This document shows positions 14,705 to 25,911 of a DNA stretch of 51,210 nucleotides, in pieces. Source of the stretch: Polaromonas sp. GTDB taxonomy: Bacteria; Pseudomonadota; Gammaproteobacteria; Burkholderiales; Burkholderiaceae_C. The notes below the pieces were generated by a model, which had not been told where the DNA came from, ran no database searches, and saw only the letters and a list, made by a program, of their open reading frames with translations. The stretch covers positions 1 through 51,210 of the forward strand of contig JAQGNK010000165.1 in assembly GCA_028291905.1 (NCBI GenBank), in the 5' to 3' direction. A program made the position numbers and the translations under genes. Numbering within the stretch: position 1 is the first letter of the stretch; the number at the start of each line of letters is the position of its first letter.

Positions 14705-17010
14705 TAGAAAGAAGTACCGATTTGAAATTGCAAACGTTCGATTTTATCGCCTTCCTTTTTACGCAAAGGAAGTGCATAGGCAATGCGAAGCGGTCCGACC
14801 GGAGAAATCCAGCTGATCCCAAGGCCAGTGGAAGCCCGTAGTTCAGTCAGGCTGTATTTTTCTTTTTCACCAAAGACATTTCCCGCATCCAGAAAAGTGT
14901 AGATGCGCAGTGTCCGGTCATTACCAGCGCCAGGGAATGGTGCAATAAGCTCGGCATTGAGCGTTAATTTTTTCGGCCCGCCGATGGCATCGCTTCCCAA
15001 ACTGTCACGTGGCCCCAGGGAACCCTGCTCGAAGCCCCGCACCGAACCCAACCCGCCCGAATAATAATTTTTAAAGATGGAATAAGGCTGGCCGTTGAGC
15101 CCCTTGCCCCAGCCCAGCTCGCCATTGAGCGCAACGGTGAACTGCTTGTTAAGAGGAATATATTGCTGGATTTGATAATTTGCCCGCAAGAACCTGATCT
15201 CTCCAGCCAAACCCCACTCTCCATTCACACGCTGGTAGCGACCATTGGTAGGGACTAAGGCACTGTCCCGGCTGTCGCGCGACCAGCCAATCGTTAGCGG
15301 GATGGAGTTGGTTGTATAACCAAACTGGTTTATATAAGTTTGATAGCTGGCTGGAAGATTTAACCCAGGTACTATTTTCAGTGCTTCATACCCCGTGCCA
15401 AAGTAAACAATGTCCGTCTCGGTAAAAGGAACCCCAAACCGAATACTCGCCCCCCTTGATTTAATTTTGTAGTCGTCTTCATTGCCGGTACTGGTTGACG
15501 GCGAGCTGGTCCGGTTGTAGATATCAATACTGCGCGAAATTCCATCTGCCGTGAAATAAGGATCTATCGTGCTCAACACCACCTGGCGATTGGAAGCACT
15601 GGTATTGAGTTCAATGCCCAGATAGTTACCTGATCCAAAAACATTTTCTTGCTTGATGCCGAAAGTCAGGGAAAGGCGGTCCGAGCTTGAATAGCCTGCT
15701 CCCAATTGCAGATTTCCAGTAGGCTTTTCTGCAACATTTACCGAAATATCGACTTGGTCGGAGGTGCCGGCAACCTCCTGCGTTTCCACATTCACATCGG
15801 TAAAGAACCCAAGCCGGTCCACCCGGTCGCGGGAAAGGCGAATCTTGTCTCCGTCATACCAGGACGATTCAAACTGGCGAAACTCGCGCCGCACCACTTC
15901 ATCACGCGTTCGATTGTTTCCCACCACATTGATGCGTCGTACATAAGCCCGGCGCGAAGGTTCAGCCTGCAGTACAAACGCCACGCGGTTGGTGTTGCGA
16001 TCAATCTCCGGGACTGCTTCGACCTTGGCGAATGCAAAACCGAAGGTGCCAAAATAATCAGTCATTGCCTTGGTGGTTTCAGCCACTGAGTCGGCGTTAT
16101 AAGGCTCTCCTGGCGTGATAGTCACCAGTGACTTGAACTCTTCTTCCTTGCCCAGGTAATTGCCCTCGAGCTTGATGCCAGAAACCACGAAACGCTCGCC
16201 CTCGGTAACATTCAAGGTGATGGCAATGCCTTGCTTGTCAGGAGATATCGCCACCTGAGTGGTATCGACCTTGAACTCAAGATAACCGCGCGACAAATAA
16301 TAGGAGCGCAGGGTTTCAATATCGGCATTGAGCTTGGCACGGGAGTAACGGTCTGACTTGGTGTACCAGCTCAGCCAGCCACCTGTATTCAGGTCGAACA
16401 GTTTGAGCAGTGTGGACTCGCTGAACGCCTTGTTGCCGGTGATGTGGATCTCATTGATTTTTGCCACATCGCCTTCAACCACGTTGAACGTCAGGTTGAC
16501 CCGGTTGCGCTCGATAGGCGTTACCGTGGTGAGGACTTCCACACCGTAGAGACTTTTGTTGATGTACTGGCGCTTGAGTTCCTGCTCGGCCTTGTCAGCC
16601 AGCGCCTTGTCAAACGGCTGACCATCTGCAATGCCGGCCTCGCGCAAAGCCTTTTTCAGCACTTCCTTGTCAAATTCCTTGGTCCCCACGAAGTCCACGT
16701 CCGCAATGGTAGGACGCTCTTCAACAATTACCACCAGCACATCGCCACTCACTTCAAGCCGCACATCCTTGAACAATCCCAGGCCGAACAGCGCACGAAT
16801 GGCGCTTGAGCCTTTGTCGTCGTTATAGGTTTCTCCGACCCGAAATGGCAAGGAGGCAAAAATCGTTCCTGGCTCAACCCGCTGCAGGCCCTCAACCCGG
16901 ATATCCCTGACAGTGAACGGATCAACTGCCCAGGCGGCATTGACGAAAAACATACCTGCAGCAATGGCGCAGACAGCACGAGTTTTGAATTGTTTGAATT
17001 GCTTTTGCAT
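14704..17010 (-). CDS. bamA: Outer membrane protein assembly factor BamA
   Basis: POTRA repeats (DIRVEGLQRV, GNNRTRDEVVRRE), VRGF motif, C-terminal FQIGTSF. Confidence 0.98.
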   Translation of the reverse strand: MQKQFKQFKTRAVCAIAAGMFFVNAAWAVDPFTVRDIRVEGLQRVEPGTIFASLPFRVGETYNDDKGSSAIRALFGLGLFKDVRLEVSGDVLVVIVEERPTIADVDFVGTKEFDKEVLKKALREAGIADGQPFDKALADKAEQELKRQYINKSLYGVEVLTTVTPIERNRVNLTFNVVEGDVAKINEIHITGNKAFSESTLLKLFDLNTGGWLSWYTKSDRYSRAKLNADIETLRSYYLSRGYLEFKVDTTQVAISPDKQGIAITLNVTEGERFVVSGIKLEGNYLGKEEEFKSLVTITPGEPYNADSVAETTKAMTDYFGTFGFAFAKVEAVPEIDRNTNRVAFVLQAEPSRRAYVRRINVVGNNRTRDEVVRREFRQFESSWYDGDKIRLSRDRVDRLGFFTDVNVETQEVAGTSDQVDISVNVAEKPTGNLQLGAGYSSSDRLSLTFGIKQENVFGSGNYLGIELNTSASNRQVVLSTIDPYFTADGISRSIDIYNRTSSPSTSTGNEDDYKIKSRGASIRFGVPFTETDIVYFGTGYEALKIVPGLNLPASYQTYINQFGYTTNSIPLTIGWSRDSRDSALVPTNGRYQRVNGEWGLAGEIRFLRANYQIQQYIPLNKQFTVALNGELGWGKGLNGQPYSIFKNYYSGGLGSVRGFEQGSLGPRDSLGSDAIGGPKKLTLNAELIAPFPGAGNDRTLRIYTFLDAGNVFGEKEKYSLTELRASTGLGISWISPVGPLRIAYALPLRKKEGDKIERLQFQIGTSF

Positions 17011-17024
17011 GAATTGGAAGGAAG

Positions 17025-18404
17025 TTAGCCCACGAGTCGGGTTACATCATTGAAAAGGGCAATGCACATCATGCCCAGAAGAATCGCAACACCACCGCGC
17101 TGCAGCCGGTCCATCCAGGCGTCTGACACGCCTTGGCCGGTGATTCCCTCCCAAAGATAATACATCAGGTGCCCACCGTCCAAAACCGGCAGCGGCAGCA
17201 GGTTCAGCACGCCCAGGCTGACACTGACCAGGGCGAGAAACACCAGATACGATGTCCAGCCCATGGTGGCTGATTTTCCAGCGTATTCGGCAATCGTGAG
17301 CGGACCGCTCAAATTCTTCAGCGATGCTTCGCCGATCACCATTTTCCCCATCATCCTGAGTGTCAGGGCAGACACCTCCCAGGTGCGCACAGCCCCTCCC
17401 CACAAACCATCGAGCAAGCCATAGTGCACGGTGACAAATTCAGGTGGCGCTCCAACATAGGCACCTATGCGGGCTATTGTTGCAGCCCCTTCTTTTGTAA
17501 TTTCAGGCGTTACCTGCAACTCCAGCGGCTGGCCGGCACGCACAATCCGCCAGGTCTGCGGTGTCATGGCGCCATCCTTTGCACCTGAAGAACTGGCAGA
17601 GGCGCGAATGGTTTCACGCAGCTGCTGGCCATCGACAATTGAAGTTTTGCCGATGGCCTGAACCACATCGCCAGCCTGCAAACCCGATTTTTGTGCAGCG
17701 CCCCCAGCCATGGTTTCACCAATCACCGGCTGGGTCCACGGGCCCAAAATGCCGATTTTCCTAAAAAGTTGGGCATCAGCCTCGGCGGCATTGAACTTGC
17801 TAAGCGGCAGCAGAATGGTACGGTTTGCCTGTCCTGCGCCACCGTTCTCCACTACCAGTTGCAGATCACGCCCATTCAGCGCACCTTGTGTCATGCGCCA
17901 GCGCAGGTCCTCGAAAGACCGCACCGTTTCCAGCTCATCCCCTTCAAAGGCGGCCTGGTAAACAGTTTCATGGCCGCTCAATCCGGCCTGCTGCGCCATT
18001 GAATTGGCCACCGGGCTGGCCAGAACTGCCTTGGGCTCTTGCACGCCGCTCCAGTTGACCACTGAATACAACACAACAGCCAGCAGCAGATTCGCCAGAG
18101 GCCCGGCAGCCACCACCATGGCACGCGACCTGAGGGGCTGGGTATTGAAGGCCAGGTGGCGCTCGGACGGATCGACCGGTGATTCCCGCTCGTCCAGCAT
18201 CTTGACGTAGCCGCCCAACGGCAGCATGCCGATAGAAAACTCGGTGACCTTGCCCTTGAGCCGCCAGGTGTAGATCGGCTTGCCGAAACCAATGGAAAAT
18301 TTCAAGACTTTGATGCCGCAGGCCACGGCAATGCGGTAGTGACCATACTCATGCACTGCAATCAGGATGCCCAGCGTCACCACAAAAGAAATCAGCGTCA
18401 TCAT
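17025..18404 (-). CDS. rseP: RIP metalloprotease RseP
   Basis: HEYGH, PLGGYVKM, AGPLAN, PDZ domains, NLLPLPVLDGGH. Confidence 0.97.
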   Translation of the reverse strand: MMTLISFVVTLGILIAVHEYGHYRIAVACGIKVLKFSIGFGKPIYTWRLKGKVTEFSIGMLPLGGYVKMLDERESPVDPSERHLAFNTQPLRSRAMVVAAGPLANLLLAVVLYSVVNWSGVQEPKAVLASPVANSMAQQAGLSGHETVYQAAFEGDELETVRSFEDLRWRMTQGALNGRDLQLVVENGGAGQANRTILLPLSKFNAAEADAQLFRKIGILGPWTQPVIGETMAGGAAQKSGLQAGDVVQAIGKTSIVDGQQLRETIRASASSSGAKDGAMTPQTWRIVRAGQPLELQVTPEITKEGAATIARIGAYVGAPPEFVTVHYGLLDGLWGGAVRTWEVSALTLRMMGKMVIGEASLKNLSGPLTIAEYAGKSATMGWTSYLVFLALVSVSLGVLNLLPLPVLDGGHLMYYLWEGITGQGVSDAWMDRLQRGGVAILLGMMCIALFNDVTRLVG

Positions 18405-18406
18405 CT

Positions 18407-19594
18407 TCAGATCTCCAGACGTTTTGCAATTTGAGCGGCAATCAGTCGCGCCTCGGCGTCCAGCGCCAGCAGGCCTTCGATGTCATTTGCATCAGAGACT
18501 GAAACAGTCTCTAGAGTTTCATGATTTACCTGGTGTATGTGATCAAAGCGTATGCAGCCGTCGAGGAATGCCGCCACCGCTATTTCGTTGGCGGCATTCA
18601 GGACGGCAGTGCTTCCCACCGGTGCCTTGAGCACATCCCAAGCCAGCCGCAGACCAGGAAAGCGCAGGTTGTCCGGCACTTCAAAGCTCATGTTGGCAAG
18701 GTTTTTAAAATCCAGCGCCTGTGCGCCCGAAGTAATCCGCTCAGGCCACGCGAGGCCATAAGCAATCGGCACTCGCATGTCAGGCGTTCCCAACTGCGCC
18801 ACCACCGACGTGTCGTAGTACTGCACCATCGAATGAATGATGCTCTGCGGATGAATCACCACTTCTATCTGTTCGGGCGCCAGGCCGAACAGATACTTGG
18901 CCTCGATCACTTCCAGGGCCTTGTTCATCATGGTGGCCGAATCAACGGAAATCTTGCGGCCCATCACCCAGTTCGGATGCGCGCAGGCTTCGTCAGGCGT
19001 GACATAGCGCAAGCTGGCCGCATCCCGTGTTCGAAAGGGGCCGCCTGATGCGGTCAATATGATTTTTTCAACCCGGTGCGGCCAGCTTGCCGGATCATCC
19101 GGCAGGGATTGAAAGATGGCCGAGTGCTCGCTGTCAATCGGCAGCAGCCTGGCGCCGCCGGCATGCACTGCCTGCATGAAGACGTCGCCGCCCACCACCA
19201 GCGCCTCCTTATTGGCCAGCAGCAGGCGTTTTCCAGCCCTGGCCGCAGCCATGCAGGGCGACAAGCCCGCAGCGCCAACAATCGCCGCCATCACTGCGTC
19301 CACCTGCTCATTCGATGCTATCATTTCAAGAGCATCTGGCGCATTCAGCACCTGCGTAAGCAGGCTATTTTTCTTGATTTTTTCAGCCAGAAGCCGGGCA
19401 TGGGGCTGGCTCGCCATGACCGCATACCGTGGCCTGAACTGCGCGCATTGCGCCAGCATCAGATCGACCTGCGTTGCCGCGCTCAAAGCAAAAACTTCAA
19501 ACTTGTCTGGGTGGCGTGCAATCACATCCAGAGTGCTGACGCCGATGGAGCCGGTAGAGCCCAGGATGGTGATGCGCTGCTTTTGGAAAGTCAT
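18407..19594 (-). CDS. dxr: 1-deoxy-D-xylulose-5-phosphate reductoisomerase
   Basis: ILGSTGSIG, LANKE, PIDSEHSAIFQ, LTASGGPF, HPNWVMGRKISVDSATMMNK. Confidence 0.98.
   Translation of the reverse strand: MTFQKQRITILGSTGSIGVSTLDVIARHPDKFEVFALSAATQVDLMLAQCAQFRPRYAVMASQPHARLLAEKIKKNSLLTQVLNAPDALEMIASNEQVDAVMAAIVGAAGLSPCMAAARAGKRLLLANKEALVVGGDVFMQAVHAGGARLLPIDSEHSAIFQSLPDDPASWPHRVEKIILTASGGPFRTRDAASLRYVTPDEACAHPNWVMGRKISVDSATMMNKALEVIEAKYLFGLAPEQIEVVIHPQSIIHSMVQYYDTSVVAQLGTPDMRVPIAYGLAWPERITSGAQALDFKNLANMSFEVPDNLRFPGLRLAWDVLKAPVGSTAVLNAANEIAVAAFLDGCIRFDHIHQVNHETLETVSVSDANDIEGLLALDAEARLIAAQIAKRLEI
19317..19380 (+). repeat. 64-bp dispersed element, copy 5 (inside dxr, degenerate)
   Basis: gctatcatttcaagagc-atctg-gcgca-ttcagcacc-tgcgt-aagcaggc-tatttttcttgattt; same block spacing; encodes KIKKNSLLTQVLNAPDALEMIA. 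Confidence 0.78.
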
Positions 19595-19619
19595 AAAGTA
19601 AGCGTCTAGCCTGGAATTC

Positions 19620-20450
19620 CTATAAATTGACCAGCATCATCGCCAGCGGCAAGGCGGGCAGCAAAGCATCCACACGGTCAAGCACACCACCATGGCCGGG
19701 CAGCAATCCGCTGGAATCTTTTACGCCAGCGCTGCGCTTGATCAGGGACTCCACTAGATCGCCCACCACGCTCATGGCAGCCAGAAAAACAACCGCCAGC
19801 AGCATCAGCGCCATGCCGTGATGCTGAACCAGCAGGCTGTAAAGGCTGTTGCCGCCGGCAGCCGTCCAAGCCAGCGACATCAGCACCACGCCGGTCATGC
19901 CGCCCCATACGCCTTCCCAGCTTTTGCCGGGGCTGATCGACGGCGCCAGCTTGCCCTTGCTGAAACGCCCCCCCAGGGCGCGGCCTGCAAAATAGGCGGA
20001 AATGTCGGCGACCCAGACCAGCATCAGGATGGACAGCAAAAACTCGATACCCATGACGCGCGCCCGTGCAATCGCCAGCCATGCCAGCCACAAGGCGATC
20101 AGTCCCCCGATGAGACGCAGCATTTTCGGAATGCGCGGCCAGCCCGCCACACCTGTGCGCAACAGCCAGCCTCCCGCAAGCACCCAAACGGCGCCCACCG
20201 AAGCCCAAAGAAGCGGCAACGGTTTTTCAAGCAAGCCACCGTACCACGACAAACCACAAGCCAGCACGCAGGTGGTTGAAAGTCCGAGCGAACCTGCCTG
20301 TCCGAAAGCATTCAGGCGACCCCATTCCCATGCCCCAGCCACAATCATCAGCAAGGCCAGCCCACAAAAAGGTAGCGGGTTTTGGTAGAACAGCGCCGGC
20401 AGCAAGATCGCAAGCAGGACAATCGCCGTGATGACACGCTGCTTAAGCAT
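19620..20450 (-). CDS. cdsA: Phosphatidate cytidylyltransferase
   Basis: MLKQRVIT, ISPGKSWEG, GDLVESLIKRSAGVKDSSGLLPGHGGVLDRVD. Confidence 0.97.
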   Translation of the reverse strand: MLKQRVITAIVLLAILLPALFYQNPLPFCGLALLMIVAGAWEWGRLNAFGQAGSLGLSTTCVLACGLSWYGGLLEKPLPLLWASVGAVWVLAGGWLLRTGVAGWPRIPKMLRLIGGLIALWLAWLAIARARVMGIEFLLSILMLVWVADISAYFAGRALGGRFSKGKLAPSISPGKSWEGVWGGMTGVVLMSLAWTAAGGNSLYSLLVQHHGMALMLLAVVFLAAMSVVGDLVESLIKRSAGVKDSSGLLPGHGGVLDRVDALLPALPLAMMLVNL

Positions 20451-21193
20451 CAGGCAGGCTTTTTAACAGGTGCTGCCACATAATGGCTGTTCACCTGCTC
20501 TGAAGTTTTGCCGAAACGCCGTTCGCGCGTGCTGAAGATGGCAATTGCCTCATCGAGCGCAGCCTCATCGAATTCAGGCCAGAGCTTGTCGGAAAAATGC
20601 AATTCCGAGTAGGCCGCCTGCCATAGCATGAAATTGCTGATCCGCAGTTCGCTGCCGGTACGGATCAGCAGATCGGGATCTGGCACATGAGCCAGGGCCA
20701 TCGCGCCGTCTAGCGACAACTCGGTAATTGCCTCGCCACGGCTGACCAGCTTTTGCGCGGCCTGGGCTATGTCCCAGCGTCCACCATAGTTGAAACACAC
20801 ATTGAAGGTCAGACGCTGATTCGCCACTGTTTCAAGTTCAGCCTTCACCAGCGCTGCCTGAACTCTTGCGGAAAGCTCCAGGCGATTACCCACAAAATGA
20901 ATTCGAACCCCATCGGCATTGAGGTTAGCCACCTGCTTGGCCAGCGCAATCACCAACAGGTCCATCAAGCCCGAAACCTCTTCGGGCGGCCGGTTCCAGT
21001 TCTCCGATGAGAATGCAAACACGCTTAAAACACTGACACCACGGTTCAGGCAGGCCTTGACACAGCGAATCAGCGAATCAACGCCCTGCTTGTGGCCGGC
21101 GATGCGGGGCAAAAACCGTTTGGAAGCCCAACGTCCATTGCCATCCATGACAATGGCGACATGGTACGGAATAATCAAGGCGGAAGTGGCCAT
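20450..21193 (-). CDS. uppS: Undecaprenyl diphosphate synthase
   Basis: HVAIVMDGNGRWA, AFSSENWNRP, NYGGR, DLLIRTG, RISNF. Confidence 0.97.
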   Translation of the reverse strand: MATSALIIPYHVAIVMDGNGRWASKRFLPRIAGHKQGVDSLIRCVKACLNRGVSVLSVFAFSSENWNRPPEEVSGLMDLLVIALAKQVANLNADGVRIHFVGNRLELSARVQAALVKAELETVANQRLTFNVCFNYGGRWDIAQAAQKLVSRGEAITELSLDGAMALAHVPDPDLLIRTGSELRISNFMLWQAAYSELHFSDKLWPEFDEAALDEAIAIFSTRERRFGKTSEQVNSHYVAAPVKKPA

Positions 21194-21220
21194 GGTTGAT
21201 TCAGGCCAGAGGCTGATAGA

Positions 21221-21781
21221 TCACACTGCCATGATGTCTTGTTCCTTGCTGGCGACCATTTTGTCAACATCAGCAATGAACCGGTCGGTGAACTTCTGGA
21301 TGTCGTCCTGCGAACGGCGCTCTTCATCCTCGGAAGCCAGTTTTTCCTTCACCAGTCTTTTGACACCATCATTGGCGTCGCGGCGAAGATTGCGAATCGC
21401 CACCTTGGCATGCTCGCCCTCGGCCCGCACGACTTTGGTGAGCTCCTTGCGGCGCTCTTCGGTCATGGCCGGCATCGGCACGCGAATCAGGTCGCCCTGC
21501 GACGCGGGGTTCAAGCCCAGGTCGGAGTCACGAATGGCCTTTTCAATCTTGGCGCCCATGCCTTTTTCCCAGGGCGAGACGCTGATGGTGCGCGCATCGA
21601 GCAAGGCCACATTGGCGACCTGGCTGATCGGCACCATGGAGCCGTAATAGTCCACATGCACCGTATCAAGCAGGCCGGGATTGGCACGCCCGGTGCGAAT
21701 CTTGGTGAGGTTGTGCTGGAAGGATTCCAGGGACTGCTGCATTTTTTGGGTTGCCTGCTGCTTGATCTCAACAATGCTCAT
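21221..21781 (-). CDS. frr: Ribosome recycling factor
   Basis: [30 protein letters not shown]. Confidence 0.98.
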   Translation of the reverse strand: MSIVEIKQQATQKMQQSLESFQHNLTKIRTGRANPGLLDTVHVDYYGSMVPISQVANVALLDARTISVSPWEKGMGAKIEKAIRDSDLGLNPASQGDLIRVPMPAMTEERRKELTKVVRAEGEHAKVAIRNLRRDANDGVKRLVKEKLASEDEERRSQDDIQKFTDRFIADVDKMVASKEQDIMAV

Positions 21782-21849
21782 GGTCGAATCTCCTGATGAC
21801 TGATTTCAAAATGCAAGAACTGCGCCCTATTGGTGTGTTCAACAACAGC

Positions 21850-22560
21850 TCAGACGTGAACCAGCGTTCCCTCGTCCTCGCCCATCACCACGCGCTTGAG
21901 CGCACCGTGCTTGAAGATGCTGAATATCTTGATGGGCAGCTTCTGGTCGCGGCACAGGGCAAATGCGGTGGCATCCATCACTTCGAGGTTCTTGCCGATG
22001 GCTTCATCAAAAGTGATGCTGGTGTAGCGCGTCGCCGTCAGGTCCTTCTTGGGGTCTGCAGTGTAAACACCATCGACCTTGGTTGCCTTCAAAACGATTT
22101 CAGCGCCGATTTCAGCACCGCGCAAAGCGGCCGCCGTGTCGGTGGTGAAAAAAGGGTTGCCGGTGCCGGCGGCAAAAACAACCACCTTGCCCTCTTCCAG
22201 ATACTGCAGGGCCTTGGGCCGCACATAGGGCTCGACAACCCGCTCTATTCCAATGGCGGACATCACACGCGCAATCAAGCCAGCCTTGTCCATCGTGTCG
22301 CCCAGGGCCAGAGCATTCATCACGGTCGCCAGCATGCCCATGTAATCTGCAGTGGCGCGGTCCATGCCAACCGAGCCGCCCGCTACACCGCGAAAGATGT
22401 TGCCGCCGCCAATCACCACCGCCACCTGAACGCCCATGCGGGTGACTTCAGCAATTTCCTCCACCATGCGAACGATGGTGGCGCGGTTGATGCCGAAGGC
22501 ATCATCGCCCATCAGGGCCTCACCTGACAGTTTTAACAAGATCCGCTTGTAGGCTGGCAT
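21850..22560 (-). CDS. pyrH: UMP kinase
   Basis: [29 protein letters not shown]. Confidence 0.98.
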   Translation of the reverse strand: MPAYKRILLKLSGEALMGDDAFGINRATIVRMVEEIAEVTRMGVQVAVVIGGGNIFRGVAGGSVGMDRATADYMGMLATVMNALALGDTMDKAGLIARVMSAIGIERVVEPYVRPKALQYLEEGKVVVFAAGTGNPFFTTDTAAALRGAEIGAEIVLKATKVDGVYTADPKKDLTATRYTSITFDEAIGKNLEVMDATAFALCRDQKLPIKIFSIFKHGALKRVVMGEDEGTLVHV

Positions 22561-22619
22561 GTGAGCGCTTTCGAGGTTGGGTGATGGTAAAAAGAAGCCT
22601 TCCAGATGAACTGGAAAAT

Positions 22620-23534
22620 TTATGCAGCCTTGGCAGCGGCCACCTGGGCAGCGACTTCAGCGGCAAAATCGTCCACCTTCTTTTCAATGCCTTCGCCCAC
22701 GACGTAGAGCGTGAAGGATTTGACGGTGGTTGCCTTTTCCTTGAGCATCTGCTCAACCGTTTGCTTGTCGTTCTTGACGAAGGTCTGGTTGTTCAGACTG
22801 ACTTCCTTCAGGTATTTCTGAACGCCGCCCTCGATGCGCTTGGCAACGATTTCAGGGGACTGAACCGGCTTGCCAGCTGCTTGGGCAATCGAAGCATCTT
22901 CAGCAGCTTTTGCAGCGGCGACCGAGCGCTCCCTGGCCACCAGTTCGGCTGGCACATCGGCGCTTGACAGAGCCACCGGCTTCATGGCGGCCACATGCAT
23001 GGCCACATCCTTGGCAGCGGCTTCGTCGCCCTCGAATTCCACCACCACGCCGATGCGCGTGCCGTGCAGGTAAGCAGCCGACTTGCCGCCCGAGAAGCGC
23101 TTGAAGCGACGAACAGTCATGTTCTCGCCGATCTTGCCGATCAGGCCCTTGCGCACGTCTTCAACGGTGGGGCCAAAGCTGTCCATGCTGAGCGGCATGG
23201 CAGCCAGCGCGGCCAAATCGGCAGGATTGTTCTTGACGACGCCTTCGGCCACCGCATTGGCAAACGCCAGGAAGCTGTCGTTCTTGGTTACGAAGTCGGT
23301 TTCGCAGTTGATTTCGACCAGCGCGGCATCATCGCCTTCGCGGGCCAGTGCCACGACGCCTTCAGCTGTCACGCGGGAAGCGGCCTTGCCGGCCTTGCTG
23401 CCCAGCTTGACGCGCAGCAGTTCTTCAGCTTTTTCAAAATTGCCTTCAGCCTCGGTCAGCGCTTTCTTGCACTCCATCATCGGGGCGTCGGTCTTGGCGC
23501 GAAGTTCAGCGACCATGCTTGCGGTAATTGCCAT
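22620..23534 (-). CDS. tsf: Elongation factor Ts
   Basis: [32 protein letters not shown]. Confidence 0.98.
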   Translation of the reverse strand: MAITASMVAELRAKTDAPMMECKKALTEAEGNFEKAEELLRVKLGSKAGKAASRVTAEGVVALAREGDDAALVEINCETDFVTKNDSFLAFANAVAEGVVKNNPADLAALAAMPLSMDSFGPTVEDVRKGLIGKIGENMTVRRFKRFSGGKSAAYLHGTRIGVVVEFEGDEAAAKDVAMHVAAMKPVALSSADVPAELVARERSVAAAKAAEDASIAQAAGKPVQSPEIVAKRIEGGVQKYLKEVSLNNQTFVKNDKQTVEQMLKEKATTVKSFTLYVVGEGIEKKVDDFAAEVAAQVAAAKAA

Positions 23535-23606
23535 TTTTGATTCTCCGTATTTTGTTTGACCTGGAGCGGCGCTTCAACAGGGCGCCATCCATCTTGTCGG
23601 GTTGTG

Positions 23607-23633
23607 AAAAAGGGGCTACGCGAGCCCCTTTTT
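23607..23633 (-). terminator. Intrinsic terminator-like hairpin between rpsB and tsf
   Basis: AAAAAGGGGCT-ACGCG-AGCCCCTTTTT with A/T tails on both sides. Confidence 0.8.
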
Positions 23634-23658
23634 CGCGTCTGGCGCAGTGCCAATAAAT

Positions 23659-24411
23659 TTAAGCTGCTGCGTTTTCCACTTCTACGAACTCATCCGAGCC
23701 TTCGGCCGAGACTGCCTTGACGACATCGTCCATGGCGCTCGCACGGCCTTCGATGACGGCATCTGCAATACCGCGGGCATACAGCGCCACGGCCTTGGAG
23801 GAGTCATCGTTGCCCGGAATCACATAGTCGATGCCGAGGGGCGAATGGTTGGTATCGACCACGCCGATGAGGGGAATGCCGAGCTTCTTGGCTTCCAGGA
23901 TCGCAATCTTGTGGAATCCCACGTCGATCACGAAGATCGCATCGGGCAATGCGTTCATGTCCTGAATGCCGCCGATGTCTTTTTCCAGTTTTTCGATTTC
24001 GCGCTTGAAGATCAGCTGCTCTTTCTTGCTGATCGAGTCGAGGCCGGCTTCTTGCTGGGCCTTCATTTCCTTCAGGCGCTTGATCGAGGTCTTGACCGTC
24101 TTGAAGTTGGTCAGCATGCCGCCCAGCCAGCGCTGATCAACATAAGGAATGCCGGCGCGCTGGGCTTCTGCGGCAACGGTTTCGCGGGCGGTGCGCTTGG
24201 TGCCGACCATCAGGATGGTGCCGCGGTTGGCGGTGAGCTGCTTGGCGAATTTCATCGCTTCCTGAAACATCGGCAGCGATTTTTCCAAATTGATGATATG
24301 GATGCGGTTGCGGTGGCCAAAAATGTAAGGGGCCATTTTTGGGTCCCAGAAGCGGGTCTGGTGACCAAAGTGGACGCCGGCTTCCAGCATTTCGCGCATG
24401 TTCGTGGACAT
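23659..24411 (-). CDS. rpsB: 30S ribosomal protein S2
   Basis: [28 protein letters not shown]; ATG 24411 follows GGAG. Confidence 0.98.
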   Translation of the reverse strand: MSTNMREMLEAGVHFGHQTRFWDPKMAPYIFGHRNRIHIINLEKSLPMFQEAMKFAKQLTANRGTILMVGTKRTARETVAAEAQRAGIPYVDQRWLGGMLTNFKTVKTSIKRLKEMKAQQEAGLDSISKKEQLIFKREIEKLEKDIGGIQDMNALPDAIFVIDVGFHKIAILEAKKLGIPLIGVVDTNHSPLGIDYVIPGNDDSSKAVALYARGIADAVIEGRASAMDDVVKAVSAEGSDEFVEVENAAA

Positions 24412-24546
24412 AAATTTTCTCCAAAGGTTGTGTCTAAAATCAGCGCTTATCGCCAGAAGAATTCTGGGCAACACCTTGTGTGGCTGATTTGCGATTTACC
24501 CTGCTGATAGCAGAGACGCCATCTGCAGAGCCTGCTGAGTATAACA
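24412..24546 (-). promoter_or_regulatory. rpsB extended -10 promoter and structured 5' leader (t44-like)
   Basis: TGTTATACT (TGn + -10) at 24546-24538; about 120-nt leader with pairing segments; an S2 autoregulatory leader is known at this position in proteobacteria. Confidence 0.55.
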
Positions 24547-24558
24547 TCCACATCCCTC

Positions 24559-25911
24559 ATGAATCCGCAAACCCCGATGGCCACGACCGATCTTCATGCC
24601 ATGCGCGAGGCCTGCCTGACCGGGCAGACCAGCACTGCGGAAGTGCTTGCACAGGCAGCCGCCATCGCCGCAAGCGACAGTTGCCGCCATGCTTTCATGC
24701 CGCAGCAGCCAGCCGTGCCGCAGGCCCGGCCTTCTTCGGCCGACCTTGCCGATCCTGCGCGGCCCCTGACGGGCATTCCGGTATCGGTCAAGGATTTGTT
24801 CGATGTGGCGGGCCAGGTCACCACTGCCGGCTCAACCGTTCTGGCCAGCGCGGCGCCTGCGCGGGCAGATGCGCCCGCCGTTGCGCGGCTGCGTGCGGCA
24901 GGCGCGGTGCTGGTGGGCCGCACCAACATGGTCGAGTTCGCTTTTTCAGGCGTCGGCATCAATCCGCACTATGGCACGCCGGTGAATCCGGCCGACCCGG
25001 CGGTCGAGCGGATTCCCGGAGGCTCGTCCTCGGGGGCGGCGGTGTCGGTTGCGACCGGCGCGGCCCTGGTGGGGCTTGGCTCGGACACCGGCGGCTCGAT
25101 CCGCATTCCGGCGGCGCTGTGCGGCATCGTGGGCTTCAAAAGCACGGCGCGCCTGGTTCCCAGCGCCGGTGCCGTGCCGCTGTCCACCAGCCTGGACACC
25201 ATCTGCGCCCTTACCCGCTCGGTTCGCGACGCCATCACCGTGCATGAAGTGCTGGCGGCGCGCACCGTGCGGCTTGCCGGCAAGCCGTTGTCGGCCTGCC
25301 GCTTGGCAGTGGCGCGCACGCTGATGCAGGACGGGCTGAGCGACACGGTGGCCCAGGCGTTCGAGCGCAGCCTGCGGGTGCTGCGTCAGGCCGGGGCGCA
25401 GATTGAAGGAATCGCGCTGGATGAACTTGCCGAGCTGCCGGCCATCAATGCCACTGGCGGCCTGTCGGCTGCCGAAAGCTTTGCCTGGCACCGCAAGCTG
25501 ATGGCCGGGCATGAAGCCGACTACGACCCGCGCGTGGCGCTGCGGATCTTGCGTGGCGCCCGCATGAGCGCAGCCGACTACATCGATCTGCTGGCAGCGC
25601 GCCAGGACTGGATCGGTCGCATGCAGGCGCGCCTGAGCCCTTTTGATGCAGTGCTGTCGCCGACGGTTCCGATCACCGCGCCGCCGATTGCCAGCGTGCT
25701 GAACGATGACGACGAATTTTTCCGCGTCAACGCTCTGCTGCTGCGCAACACGTCGGTGGCCAACATGCTTGACGGCTGCGCCATCTCTCTTCCCTGCCAC
25801 GTCCCCGGCCAACTGCCTGTCGGCCTGATGCTCTGGCATGCAGCGCTGCATGATGACGCAGTGCTGGAACTGGCCCTGCAGATCGAATCAGCGCTCGCGG
25901 TTTCACTATAA
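24559..25911 (+). CDS. Amidase signature family protein
   Basis: VSVKDLFDV, GRTNMVEFA, PGGSSSG, LGSDTGGSIRIPAA. Confidence 0.93.
   Translation: MNPQTPMATTDLHAMREACLTGQTSTAEVLAQAAAIAASDSCRHAFMPQQPAVPQARPSSADLADPARPLTGIPVSVKDLFDVAGQVTTAGSTVLASAAPARADAPAVARLRAAGAVLVGRTNMVEFAFSGVGINPHYGTPVNPADPAVERIPGGSSSGAAVSVATGAALVGLGSDTGGSIRIPAALCGIVGFKSTARLVPSAGAVPLSTSLDTICALTRSVRDAITVHEVLAARTVRLAGKPLSACRLAVARTLMQDGLSDTVAQAFERSLRVLRQAGAQIEGIALDELAELPAINATGGLSAAESFAWHRKLMAGHEADYDPRVALRILRGARMSAADYIDLLAARQDWIGRMQARLSPFDAVLSPTVPITAPPIASVLNDDDEFFRVNALLLRNTSVANMLDGCAISLPCHVPGQLPVGLMLWHAALHDDAVLELALQIESALAVSL

Noticed and set aside
15330-15385. tataagtttgatagctggctg in bamA resembling the element
   Set aside because: No left arm, no second inverted repeat and wrong tail spacing; explained by local AT richness.
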